Numbered from the stretch's first letter, positions 19,952-29,049 are shown. The stretch: 60,006 bases of DNA from an uncultured Bacteroidales bacterium (GCA_903878265.1 CAIRHD010000223.1:1-60006); one strand, 5' to 3'. The notes: generated from the letters alone by a model not told the origin. Translations and numbers: made by a program.

Positions 19952-22408
19952 CTAATGCCTCAATCCCTCAGCAATGCGAACAATATCGGCCAGCACACCA
20001 GCAGAAGTTACATTTACTCCAGCCCCAGGGCCTTTTATCACCATTGGATATTGTTGGTAGTATTTGGTTGTGAGGCTTATACAGTTTTCGGTCCCACGCA
20101 AACTATAAAAAGCGTGGGTTTCATCCACTTCAAGAACTGAAACTTTTGCCTTGCCATTTTCAATTTCGGCAACATAGCGTAATCTTTTGCCATTGGCTTT
20201 AGCTTCTTCAAATCGTTTTTGGAATGGATTATTGTAATTTTCCAATTCCTCGAAAAATGCTGGGACATCTTTCGCATTTGCACATTCAACCGACATAAGA
20301 GGCTCTACCTCAATATCTGATTCTTCGATTGCCCAGCCACATTCCCTAGCGAGGATTAGGCATTTCCTTGCCACGTCCATACCACTCAGGTCGTCGCGTG
20401 GGTCGGGTTCGGTGTAATTGTTTTCCTTGGCATATTTTACCAGTTCGCTAAAAGATGTATTTCCGTCATATTCGGATAAAAGATAATTCATAGTGCCTGA
20501 TAAAACGGCTTCAATTTTGTTTACATGATCGCCACTGCTGATAAGGCTTTGCAATACATTTATAACCGGCAAGCCTGCACCAACATTTGTTTCGTAATGA
20601 AACGGCGTATTCCTCTTTTTGGCAGATTGGTGCAATAGGTTATACTCGTACATATTCTGTGTGTTCGCCCGTTTGTTGGCAGTAACAACAGCTATATTAT
20701 TAGATAACAATGCGTTATAAAATATTACCGGATCATTGGATGCAGTTACATCTATAAATACACTGTTTTCGAGGTTTTGGGTTATAATATTTTCGGTTAA
20801 TTGTTGAAGGTCAGAGTTTACGGAACTCGCGTGAAGCAAATCCTGGTAACTTTCAATTTCAATATCTTCGTCGCTGACTATCATTTTTCGGCTGTTGCAC
20901 AAGCCACAAACTTTCAGCATTATTTTTTGCTCAATCAGGTTTTGCTTTTGTGCCGAAATCATTTCGAGCAATTTGCTCCCGATTGCGCCAGTACCTATTA
21001 TATATAAGTGTAGTTGCAACAACTCGTAATTGAACAAGGATTGATGAAGTACCCGAAGCGCTTTTTGAAGGTGCAGTTGCTCGATAACGATAGAAATATT
21101 TAATTCGGAACTGCCTTGGCAAATGGCTTTGACATTGATCCCGTTGCGGCCAAGCGGGCCAAAAACGCGGGCCGAAACGCCTGGCATTTTACGCATGTTT
21201 TCACCAACAACTGCTACTACAGCCAACCCATCTTCATAATTAATGTCGGATATTAAACCGGAATTTAGTTCCTCGGCAAAAGCTTTACGCAGCAGATTAC
21301 AAGCTTGCTCAGCTTCCTTGCGCAAAATACCAATACAAATAGAATGTTCGGACGAAGCCTGGCTGATAAGTATGACACTTATGGAATGTTGCGCCAAAAC
21401 CCGGAACATCCGTGCTGAAACCCCAGCTACCCCAACCATGCCGCTGCCTTCGAGATTGATAAGGCAAATGTTTTTTAAGGACGAAATCCCTTTAATAAAT
21501 CCACTGTCTTTGACCGACTCCTTACAAATTAAAGTTCCCTGATGCGATGGGTTAAACGTGTTTTTGACAAGAATAGGTATTTCTTTTGCCATGGCGGGCT
21601 GCATGGTAGCAGGAAAAATTACTTTTGCCCCGAAATGCGTCAATTCCATGGCTTCGTTGTACGAAAGCTGTGAAATACTTTGCGCTTCTTTGACAAAACG
21701 TGGATCGGCTGTCATAACACCATCTACATCTGTCCATATTTCTATTGCATCGGCATTTAATGCTGCCCCTAAAATTGAAGCGGTATAATCGGAACCACTA
21801 CGGCCAAGGGTTGTGGTTTGTCCATGCAAAGTACTGGCAATAAAGCCGGTAACAACATTTATACCTGCATTTTCGGCAAAGTAATTTTGAATCAAACGAT
21901 TGCTAATTTCAAAATCGACTTTGGCATATCCAAAATTTGCATCTGTCTTTATTAGATTGCGAGCATCAGTATAGTTGACAACTGGTAAAACAGCCTTCAA
22001 AGCACATGCGATAACAAAAGCCGACAATCGTTCGCCAAAACTCAAAATCAAATCGTGGGTACGCAGGGTCAATTCGCCTACAAGAGATGCCCCTTTTGCT
22101 ATCCCCGAAAGTTCGTTGCAAATAGCCATTACCTCGGCCATTACGCTAGGCTGCAAGGATAAGGGCAGCAGGGTTTTGATAGTTTTTAAGTGGCGCTGTT
22201 CTATTTCGGTAATTATTGTTTCGTAGCCCGATTTTTCTATCGGGATCATTTCGCATAGTTTTACCAATTGGTCTGTGATTCCACCTTGAGCCGAAACGAC
22301 CAAAGTGATTTTATCATATCGCAAACAGTAATCAGCAACGATACCGATTACGTTTTTTATCCTTACGGGATCGGCGATGGATGAACCCCCAAATTTCAAT
22401 ATCCTCAT
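19952..22408 (-). CDS. thrA: Bifunctional aspartokinase / homoserine dehydrogenase
   Basis: 818 aa. The N-terminal amino-acid kinase domain starts MRILKFGGSS, followed by ACT repeats. The C-terminal homoserine dehydrogenase has the NAD-binding loop IIGTGAIGS. Confidence 0.92.
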   Translation of the reverse strand: MRILKFGGSSIADPVRIKNVIGIVADYCLRYDKITLVVSAQGGITDQLVKLCEMIPIEKSGYETIITEIEQRHLKTIKTLLPLSLQPSVMAEVMAICNELSGIAKGASLVGELTLRTHDLILSFGERLSAFVIACALKAVLPVVNYTDARNLIKTDANFGYAKVDFEISNRLIQNYFAENAGINVVTGFIASTLHGQTTTLGRSGSDYTASILGAALNADAIEIWTDVDGVMTADPRFVKEAQSISQLSYNEAMELTHFGAKVIFPATMQPAMAKEIPILVKNTFNPSHQGTLICKESVKDSGFIKGISSLKNICLINLEGSGMVGVAGVSARMFRVLAQHSISVILISQASSEHSICIGILRKEAEQACNLLRKAFAEELNSGLISDINYEDGLAVVAVVGENMRKMPGVSARVFGPLGRNGINVKAICQGSSELNISIVIEQLHLQKALRVLHQSLFNYELLQLHLYIIGTGAIGSKLLEMISAQKQNLIEQKIMLKVCGLCNSRKMIVSDEDIEIESYQDLLHASSVNSDLQQLTENIITQNLENSVFIDVTASNDPVIFYNALLSNNIAVVTANKRANTQNMYEYNLLHQSAKKRNTPFHYETNVGAGLPVINVLQSLISSGDHVNKIEAVLSGTMNYLLSEYDGNTSFSELVKYAKENNYTEPDPRDDLSGMDVARKCLILARECGWAIEESDIEVEPLMSVECANAKDVPAFFEELENYNNPFQKRFEEAKANGKRLRYVAEIENGKAKVSVLEVDETHAFYSLRGTENCISLTTKYYQQYPMVIKGPGAGVNVTSAGVLADIVRIAEGLRH

Positions 22409-22543
22409 AACATAGTTTTTTATTGTTTTGAATCCATTTAATTTCCATTTAACATCTCAATTTCTCTCATTGTATTATACGCAATTTCTTTTTTTCTCAA
22501 TTTCCAGCTTTCCTTTTCTAACCCGTAATACAATTTCCTTTTC

Positions 22544-22579
22544 AAAAAAAAACGCCTCTCGTTGGAATCGAGAAGGCGC
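22544..22579 (-). terminator. Attenuator terminator 2 (proximal to thrA)
   Basis: On the minus strand the sequence is GCGCCUUCUCG-AUUCCAA-CGAGAGGCG followed by U9. This gives a 9-bp GC-rich stem with one bulge. It lies 21 nt after the leader-2 stop. Confidence 0.75.
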
Positions 22580-22600
22580 TTGAATAAAAAGCAATCATTC

Positions 22601-22645
22601 TCAACCCTGTGGAGGTTGGGTGGTAGTTGTAGAAGTGGTTTTCAT
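22601..22645 (-). CDS. Candidate thr leader peptide 2, MKTTSTTTTQPPQG (6 Thr in 14 codons)
   Basis: My own translation gives atg aaa acc act tct aca act acc acc caa cct cca cag ggt tga. A terminator follows directly. It lies upstream of thrA on the same strand. Confidence 0.6.
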   Translation of the reverse strand: MKTTSTTTTQPPQG

Positions 22646-22664
22646 GTCGGCCCTATGCATCCTG

Positions 22665-22703
22665 CCTAAAATTAGAAAGCCATCCGTTTATTGGGATGGC
22701 TTT
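22665..22703 (-). terminator. Attenuator terminator 1 (distal)
   Basis: On the minus strand the sequence is AAAGCCAUCC-CAAUAAAC-GGAUGGCUUU followed by CUAAUUUUA. This is a perfect 10-bp stem at 22676-22685 / 22694-22703. Confidence 0.6.
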
Positions 22704-22731
22704 AATGTTTTATTAACAAAGCAACCCCGTA

Positions 22732-22788
22732 CTACCCCAATGTGGTAGTGGTAACGGTTGTTGACGTTATTTTGTTGGTTTCTTTCAT
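22732..22788 (-). CDS. Candidate thr leader peptide 1, MKETNKITSTTVTTTTLG (8 Thr in 18 codons)
   Basis: My own translation gives atg aaa gaa acc aac aaa ata acg tca aca acc gtt acc act acc aca ttg ggg tag. Terminator 1 follows 28 nt downstream. Confidence 0.55.
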   Translation of the reverse strand: MKETNKITSTTVTTTTLG

Positions 22789-23568
22789 GGTTTATGTTTG
22801 CAAATGTAGGAATAAACTTTTAAATGGAAAAATTTATTTTTTCTGGAATCACAAAATGAGATTCAGTCCTATTAAAATCTGCAAGAAATAGATGAGCGGC
22901 CGGGTTTGACCATTTATGAAAACGTTTTGACTTTTCCGTTGCAGATTCAGCAGAAATAATACAAAATACAAGCGTGTTTCGAGTGAAAAAGTAGCGCAAA
23001 CTGATTTTGCAAAAAGGCACATTAGAAATTTTTCCTTAACACACTTTTATTTCTATTAGTCTGAGAATATTTAGCATATATAGTTGATATACAATAGTAT
23101 GAAAATAATCAATTTTCTAGACATAAATTTCCAAGCTGACATTCAAATGGATGCAAAATTGGTTGTATTGACATTGTGAGTTTTTCGTAAAGCTTGTTGG
23201 TATGAAATTTCAGTTTCTTTTGCCTTCCTGAAATTACCCTTTCACTTGATCCTGATATAAACCTGAATATGAAGCATTTAATCCTGTTAGCAAGCAATCC
23301 CTTGTATTGGTATTTTGGCCATAGCTCTATAGAGAAAAAAGTATTGTTTGGATACCAATCAATAAGGCACTCATTTACCTGCATTTCTTGCGGGAATATA
23401 AGTGCCACTTAAAACTTTTCTGTGAGCGAAGAATATGTAGCCACCACCATTTCCGAAAGTTGTCTACTTGAGGCTGAAGTGACTGACTTCTTTGAAGAAT
23501 AGAAGCTTTCCGAAGTGTTTTGGGTATCTAAAAATGGAAACCTAACATTTAGATTCCAACTACTAACC

Positions 23569-23590
23569 AAAAACTGTAAACCTTTACAGG
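23569..23590 (-). terminator. Terminator at the end of the cytochrome/NrfCD operon
   Basis: On the minus strand the hairpin is CUGUAAA-GGU-UUACAG followed by UUUUU. It lies about 50 nt after the stop at 23638. Confidence 0.55.
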
Positions 23591-23637
23591 TGATAGGCTG
23601 TTTTTTTGATGTTTCTGTTACCGATATTTGAGACCTT

Positions 23638-24528
23638 TTATTCCCTTTTAGGTGATTTAGCCGATTTATTAATCATAACAAGTTGAACGACAGCATATAC
23701 ATAGTGCCCCCATACACCCAGCAGCATAATTATAAGTGTAACCACCATCCAAAGCGGTGCAATAGGAGTCCACAACTCACGCGTAGGACGATCGGGGCTG
23801 ATAAGGTATTTGTGCAGTCCCCAGTTGTTGGCTGCCGATCCTTGTACGGTGCCAAAAATATCATTTTCCTCTATCGAAGCTACAACGGTCAGGTTTCCCA
23901 ATGAATCGCCAATGATGGTATTAGGGAATTCGGCAGTTCCTGTACCTGTTGAATCTAGGGTGATTTCAGCGATTTTCAGCATACTGAACATTTTTGGGAC
24001 TGATACAAACACCGTCCCTTCGGTTATCGGGCTATCCTTCCCATCTCCGCTTAACTGTGTGGCTTCCACTTTTACATAGCGGATTGAATCCTCCTCGTAA
24101 AATGAAACTACCAGTTTTGCCGGTTTCAGGCTGAACTCGCCTTCCGATGCTTCGAATTTGCTGTTTCCTTCGTACACGGCTTTCAGCGAAAGCATCTGCT
24201 GTTCGTTGCGCAGGTATGAGTTGCTTGCAGGAATTTTCAGAACGGCAGTTCCGTGAAAATCGGTCTTGGCCGTGCCTATCTTTAAATCGCCGTCTTTTTC
24301 GACTGAGTAAAACGTTACGGGTGCATTTGCCAGGTTTGTACTTCCACTTTCGTGTTTCACGCTGACGATGCATTTTAGCTGAATGCTATCATCCGATGTG
24401 CTTATACAGGCAAACCGGATAACGGTGCTTGCCGGTGCGGTAGTGTCGGCACCAGCCTGGGCAGATGCCTGCATCCATCCCGTTACCAATATGACAACAA
24501 CTAAAATTCCTGATTTTATCCTTTTCAT
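23638..24528 (-). CDS. Signal-peptide beta-sandwich protein with a C-terminal transmembrane anchor, function unknown (last gene of the redox operon)
   Basis: 296 aa with the signal peptide MKRIKSGILVVVILVTGWMQASAQA. Strand-like segments alternate (DFHGTAVLKIP, TGTAEFPN), resembling Ig or carboxypeptidase-regulatory folds. The hydrophobic helix PLWMVVTLIIMLLGVWGHYVYAVV lies near the C-terminus. It lies 46 bp after the NrfD-like gene. Confidence 0.6.
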   Translation of the reverse strand: MKRIKSGILVVVILVTGWMQASAQAGADTTAPASTVIRFACISTSDDSIQLKCIVSVKHESGSTNLANAPVTFYSVEKDGDLKIGTAKTDFHGTAVLKIPASNSYLRNEQQMLSLKAVYEGNSKFEASEGEFSLKPAKLVVSFYEEDSIRYVKVEATQLSGDGKDSPITEGTVFVSVPKMFSMLKIAEITLDSTGTGTAEFPNTIIGDSLGNLTVVASIEENDIFGTVQGSAANNWGLHKYLISPDRPTRELWTPIAPLWMVVTLIIMLLGVWGHYVYAVVQLVMINKSAKSPKRE

Positions 24529-24574
24529 AATAAATTCTTTAAGACTGATTATTAATGAGCTTTTTACAATACCC

Positions 24575-25900
24575 TTACATCAAATGAAGATCGCCGGGTT
24601 GTTCTGGTTCTTCTTTCAGATCGGAAACTTGAACAATGGGTATAAGTTTTGACCCAATGGTAAAAAGCAGACAAAACATGGCAACACCGGCAGCTGTCAG
24701 GGCCCATTCAACCCAGGTGGCAGAGTATAGTTGCCAGGCAAGCCTTTCATCCTGTATTGGGAGATAAGGTGTTTCGAGTGTAGGAACTACAATCAGGTAG
24801 CGGTTGATCCACAAGGCAATAACCACGACAACTGCGGCTATGGTTATATTGTTGATGGTGCGGAGTTTCCTGAAACCAACCACAATCAGGGGAACAAGCA
24901 CGCCCACATAGTTGGATAAGATAAACAGGTTAAAGTAGTTTTTCAGCAATACCTGTATGAGTTGTTCGTCATTTTTTTCCGATCCATACCATTTTGTCAG
25001 GTATTCGCTGAAAGTAAAGTACCCGAAAAAGGCTCCCAGAACCAGCATGATAACTCCTACGTTTACAAAGTGTTTGAGTGTGATGTGCTCCTCAAGGTGG
25101 TATACCTTTCTGAAAACGAACATCGATACTATAAGTACCCCGGTTCCTGAATAAACGGCAGCGATTACAAAGTAAGGACCAAAAATTGTACTATGCCAGC
25201 CTGGCTGAAGTGTAACACTGAAAATCCATGCCAGTACAGAGTAAACTATAATGGCTATTGCAATTACCATTCCTGCCATAACATCAGTAGCTCTTTTAAG
25301 CCTAAGTTGTTGCTCTGGAGTACCGGTATAACCAAGTGCCAGGATTTTGTACATTTTTTTCTGCCATTGTGGAACTTTTAGTTCGGTAAAATCGCGCATT
25401 TTACCTAAATCGCGCAACAATGCCAGATAAAGGAATAGAATACATCCAATGATATCGGTTGAGATTGCAATTACGTCCCATGTAATTGGTGACTGAATTC
25501 TGCCAAAGAGAATCAGGTTCGGCAATCGGTCGAGCCGGCCAACACACAGCATGATAAAGCAAGGACCAATTAAAAGTGAGATAATGGTAATGAACTCTGC
25601 CATCCGGATGATAGGTTTGCGCCATTCGGAATGAAAAAGGTGCAATGTACCCGAAATAAGAGCTCCCGCATAACTGATACCCATGAAGAAAATGAAATTC
25701 ACGATATATACACCCCAAACAACGTTATCTCGCATACCAGTAACTATGTGTCCGCGCGATACTTGCCAATATAGTGCAAACCATCCATAACATATTACTA
25801 AGCATAGAAAAGCAATCCAAAGTTTGCCAAAATTGCCTGTGCGCTCAATCTGAGGAGCGAATTCTTTTAATAATTTGTCTGAATTTACTGTATCGCTCAT
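24575..25900 (-). CDS. NrfD/PsrC-family integral membrane (quinone-interacting) subunit
   Basis: 441 aa that are almost entirely hydrophobic, with about 10 predicted helices. The pattern resembles NrfD/PsrC/DsrP/HmcC. Its ATG overlaps the FeS gene stop (TAATG, sharing base 25900). Confidence 0.8.
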   Translation of the reverse strand: MSDTVNSDKLLKEFAPQIERTGNFGKLWIAFLCLVICYGWFALYWQVSRGHIVTGMRDNVVWGVYIVNFIFFMGISYAGALISGTLHLFHSEWRKPIIRMAEFITIISLLIGPCFIMLCVGRLDRLPNLILFGRIQSPITWDVIAISTDIIGCILFLYLALLRDLGKMRDFTELKVPQWQKKMYKILALGYTGTPEQQLRLKRATDVMAGMVIAIAIIVYSVLAWIFSVTLQPGWHSTIFGPYFVIAAVYSGTGVLIVSMFVFRKVYHLEEHITLKHFVNVGVIMLVLGAFFGYFTFSEYLTKWYGSEKNDEQLIQVLLKNYFNLFILSNYVGVLVPLIVVGFRKLRTINNITIAAVVVVIALWINRYLIVVPTLETPYLPIQDERLAWQLYSATWVEWALTAAGVAMFCLLFTIGSKLIPIVQVSDLKEEPEQPGDLHLM

Positions 25901-26868
25901 TATTTGGCCTCCTTACTAATTTTAGCATTTTTCACATAAGGCGTATTTTCAAACCTTTTCAGGGTTTCCTCATCGAGTCCGTCCAAACCACGTTCAACAG
26001 GGAATTGCCTGTCGACCGGTGGCAGGTAATACACATTCGGTCGGGTTCCAAGGTTATCGAGGTACCTGTATCCCGAGCGATCGCGTATCAGCTCGCTGAA
26101 CTTAAAGGTTTCGGTGCCATTGGTAACAACATCTTCGTCGATATCACCAAAATAGATTACTCCCATTGGACACGCTTGTGCGCAATAAGGTAATTTCCCT
26201 TCCCGTGCCAGATCAGGGCAGAAATCGCATTTGGAAACGGTTCCTTCAACACCGGGAACACTTTTTTCGGGTGAATAGGGTTGGTCAATATCAAATGCCT
26301 CATCGGGTTTCCAAGCAAACACGCGGGTTGAGTAGGGGCAGCCTGTCATACAGAATTTACATCCTATGCAACGTTCGTTATCAATAAGTACAATTCCGTC
26401 GCTTCGCTTATAAGTTGCACCTACAGGACAAACACTCACACACTGTGGATTGTCGCAATGGTAGCAAGGTTTAGGGAACCAGTAAGGTGCAGTTTTTTCG
26501 GAGTCCTGCATCAGGTATACCTTCATAAATTCCGTTTCTTTGGGCAGGTTATGTCCTTTCTGGCATTCTGTTACACATTTACGGGCATTTTTACACCTGG
26601 CAAGGTCGATAACCATCACAAACTTACGCCCGGGAATGCCCAGGTGTGATTCTTTACGGCCAACAGGGGCCTGGGTAAGGAAGTTTTTATCCACTTCCAT
26701 AACTTCTCCTGTGGTAGTAAGTACCTTTATTTTTTCTCCGGATTCACCCGACGCACTTTTGCCCGTTACTATTAAAGCACCGGTGGCAACTGTGCCTGCA
26801 CCCGCCAGTAATCCCAATTTGAGAAAATTCCGCCGGGAATTGTTGTCGTCCTTTTTATTGTTTTCCAT
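25900..26868 (-). CDS. Tat-exported 4x[4Fe-4S] ferredoxin-type subunit (NrfC/PsrB/DsrO/HmcB-like)
   Basis: 322 aa with the twin-arginine signal SRRNFLKLGLLAGAG. Four Cys clusters are present (CKNARKCVTEC, CYHCDNPQCVSVCP, CIGCKFCMTGCP, CDFCPD...CAQACP). Confidence 0.85.
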   Translation of the reverse strand: MENNKKDDNNSRRNFLKLGLLAGAGTVATGALIVTGKSASGESGEKIKVLTTTGEVMEVDKNFLTQAPVGRKESHLGIPGRKFVMVIDLARCKNARKCVTECQKGHNLPKETEFMKVYLMQDSEKTAPYWFPKPCYHCDNPQCVSVCPVGATYKRSDGIVLIDNERCIGCKFCMTGCPYSTRVFAWKPDEAFDIDQPYSPEKSVPGVEGTVSKCDFCPDLAREGKLPYCAQACPMGVIYFGDIDEDVVTNGTETFKFSELIRDRSGYRYLDNLGTRPNVYYLPPVDRQFPVERGLDGLDEETLKRFENTPYVKNAKISKEAK

Positions 26869-26936
26869 AGTAATTCATTTTAAGTTCTGTAACGAGATGC
26901 TTTTTTTCGATTCCTTTTTTATCCGGATGTCGTACT

Positions 26937-27554
26937 TTAGTGTGATTCGTGAAAACCGTTTATCATGCTTTTAAAATTACTGACAAAAGTGGCTCCAATA
27001 GTGCAGAAATAAATGTGAATAAGCATAAAAAAGGATACGAAGAAACCAAGAATTACATGGAAGAAGTCATTGATTTTCAGTCCACTGCCTCCCATTATTT
27101 TGGTTAAAACAAATTCAGGATACAATAAAGCCCAGCCTGTAATTATTACAATAGGAACAAGTACAAACATTGCTGCAACATAAGTAAACTGTTGCAACGG
27201 ATTGAACTTGCTTTCCTTAGTTACAGGAAACGGCGGTTTTTCATGTTTAAAGATCCCAAAAGTATAATAAGTGAATTGTTTTATCAGCCTTCCCAAGAGT
27301 CCTTTGAATGTAAGCTTGTAATACTTTCCATTAGGCGTTGTGATAGTACCAAACAGAAACCAGCAATAATTAATTGTGAGTATTACCCCGCTTAAGTTAT
27401 GCATAGAAACGGCAATATCGAAGCGGATAAATGGATTTGCCGGATTGGTGTACTGCATGCTTACTCCACTTATTATGAGCAGAATGATTAAAATAGCATT
27501 TAGGCCATGCCACAACCTTAGCCATACGGGATAAAGATATATTTTTCCTGACAT
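26937..27554 (-). CDS. Dihaem b-type cytochrome membrane subunit (PhsC / HydC / FdnI-like)
   Basis: 205 aa with four or five TM helices. Conserved His lie in the helices (RLWHGLNA, SMHNLSG, FFHVILG, MLIHIY). Its ATG overlaps the heptahaem gene stop (TAATG, sharing base 27554). Confidence 0.75.
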   Translation of the reverse strand: MSGKIYLYPVWLRLWHGLNAILIILLIISGVSMQYTNPANPFIRFDIAVSMHNLSGVILTINYCWFLFGTITTPNGKYYKLTFKGLLGRLIKQFTYYTFGIFKHEKPPFPVTKESKFNPLQQFTYVAAMFVLVPIVIITGWALLYPEFVLTKIMGGSGLKINDFFHVILGFFVSFFMLIHIYFCTIGATFVSNFKSMINGFHESH

Positions 27555-28537
27555 TATTTTTTGCGTTTTAGTATTCTGAGTGAAGCATGAATTAGGATGC
27601 CGGCGGCTACACAGCCAAACATGATTAGGCTTAGTATGCCAAGATAGTAATTCCGGTTAGCACCGATTACATAACCTTCGTTCATAATAACCCCATTATA
27701 AAAACCAGCTTTGCTGCGGCCTTCCTGCACTTTATATTTATACAAGGAAGCCATAAGAATCGAATTGGTCGAATGACATTCAACACATCGCCTAACTGCT
27801 TTTGCTTTTGGCTGAATGTTGTGGGCAACCAGAATGGAGTCGTTGGTACGGGCGTGGCACTCGATGCAACGCACATTTTTGAAATGCAAGGCCTGATTAG
27901 GCAACCATTCGTGTTTTTTTACAATATTTGGATTTACTTTGTCCGTAAGCATCTGGTAATTTGTAATATCGGCATGACAATTCAAACAGATTGCATTGTC
28001 GTAAGCAACAATATCTTTGATCTTGTCTTCGGAACGGACACTTATTTTGTATGAGTGTGGATTATGGCACATCCAGCAGTTAAAATCCTCGCTGTGCTTG
28101 GTCGAATGCACACTTTCGTGAAATTCTGATTCTATTTTTTCGAATTGAAATTTGGCGTAGGTTTCGTCTCCGCCATGGCAATCAATACACGCATATTTTG
28201 ATTCCATCCGTAAGTTACCGGCGTGAGGGAAAGTGCCGTATTCTTCTGAATGGCAATCGGTGCATTTAAATGTCTTATGGTTTGAATCATAAAATTCAGT
28301 ACGATTAATAATCGTTTCGGCGTACATCCTTTTAGTGACTTCAGAACCTGATTCAGGGTTGAGGTACTTATATTTAGATTGCCCGTGGCATTTCAGACAA
28401 TTCTCGTTGAAGTCTATCGTTTCTTTTTTGGGCTTGTTTTGGGCATCTATCGCACCAGACAGCATTACAGCCATGAATAATGCCAATGGAACAGATACAG
28501 GGACTTTTATGGAAATACGAGGAAAAAAGGACATCAT
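27554..28537 (-). CDS. Heptahaem c-type cytochrome with a C-terminal membrane anchor
   Basis: It has seven CXXCH motifs (CLKCH, CTDCH, CIDCH, CWMCH, CLNCH, CIECH, CVECH) and an N-terminal signal MMSFFPRISIKVPVSVPLALFMAVMLSGAIDA. The C-terminal helix is YYLGILSLIMFGCVAAGILIHA followed by RILKRKK. I placed the start at Met46 (28537), because the longest ORF (28672) overlaps the upstream gene. Confidence 0.85.
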   Translation of the reverse strand: MMSFFPRISIKVPVSVPLALFMAVMLSGAIDAQNKPKKETIDFNENCLKCHGQSKYKYLNPESGSEVTKRMYAETIINRTEFYDSNHKTFKCTDCHSEEYGTFPHAGNLRMESKYACIDCHGGDETYAKFQFEKIESEFHESVHSTKHSEDFNCWMCHNPHSYKISVRSEDKIKDIVAYDNAICLNCHADITNYQMLTDKVNPNIVKKHEWLPNQALHFKNVRCIECHARTNDSILVAHNIQPKAKAVRRCVECHSTNSILMASLYKYKVQEGRSKAGFYNGVIMNEGYVIGANRNYYLGILSLIMFGCVAAGILIHASLRILKRKK

Positions 28538-28632
28538 CTTTTTAAAATTAGTAGAACAGCTTACCTTTTGTGCAAAAAAAAAGAAAAGAGTGTTCTGAAA
28601 TCTGTCAGAAACACCCTTTTCTATGCTTGAAA

Positions 28633-29049
28633 TTATTTTTTCAAGGTACGGATGTAGCCTATTACAGCCCACCTGTCGGATTCATTCAGGATTTTCTTCT
28701 CAAAATTGGGCATTTCATCGCGTCCAATATACGACATGTAATAAAGTTCGCCATCGGAATAAGCCTGGAATTTTGCATCTGAAAAATTTCCGGTACTGGT
28801 TTTCAGGTTGGCAGCTTTTGGGCCATCGCCTAAACCTTTGGCACCATGACACGATTTGCAATGTTTGTTGAAAGTTTCCTTGCCAACACCGGCAATTGAA
28901 GGGTCACCTGCTTTTACAGTGCTTTTCATTGCTTTGTACTTAGCTGGGATTGTCCATGGTCCACCAGCTTTTTGAGCCATTGCCATGTTTGCAGTTAAAA
29001 AAATCACTGCTGTGCAAATAATTGCGAGAAGTTTGATTGAATTTTTCAT
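28633..29049 (-). CDS. Periplasmic class I monohaem cytochrome c
   Basis: 138 aa with a signal peptide. There is a single CKSCHG motif followed by GLGDGPKA, and a distal Met region GRDEMPNF. Confidence 0.8.
   Translation of the reverse strand: MKNSIKLLAIICTAVIFLTANMAMAQKAGGPWTIPAKYKAMKSTVKAGDPSIAGVGKETFNKHCKSCHGAKGLGDGPKAANLKTSTGNFSDAKFQAYSDGELYYMSYIGRDEMPNFEKKILNESDRWAVIGYIRTLKK

Noticed and set aside
23109-23408. The 99-aa ORF as a real gene or transposase fragment
   Set aside because: It has no recognisable motif and no credible start context, and the adjacent sequence needs frameshifts to extend it. It may be a remnant, but I cannot support a call.
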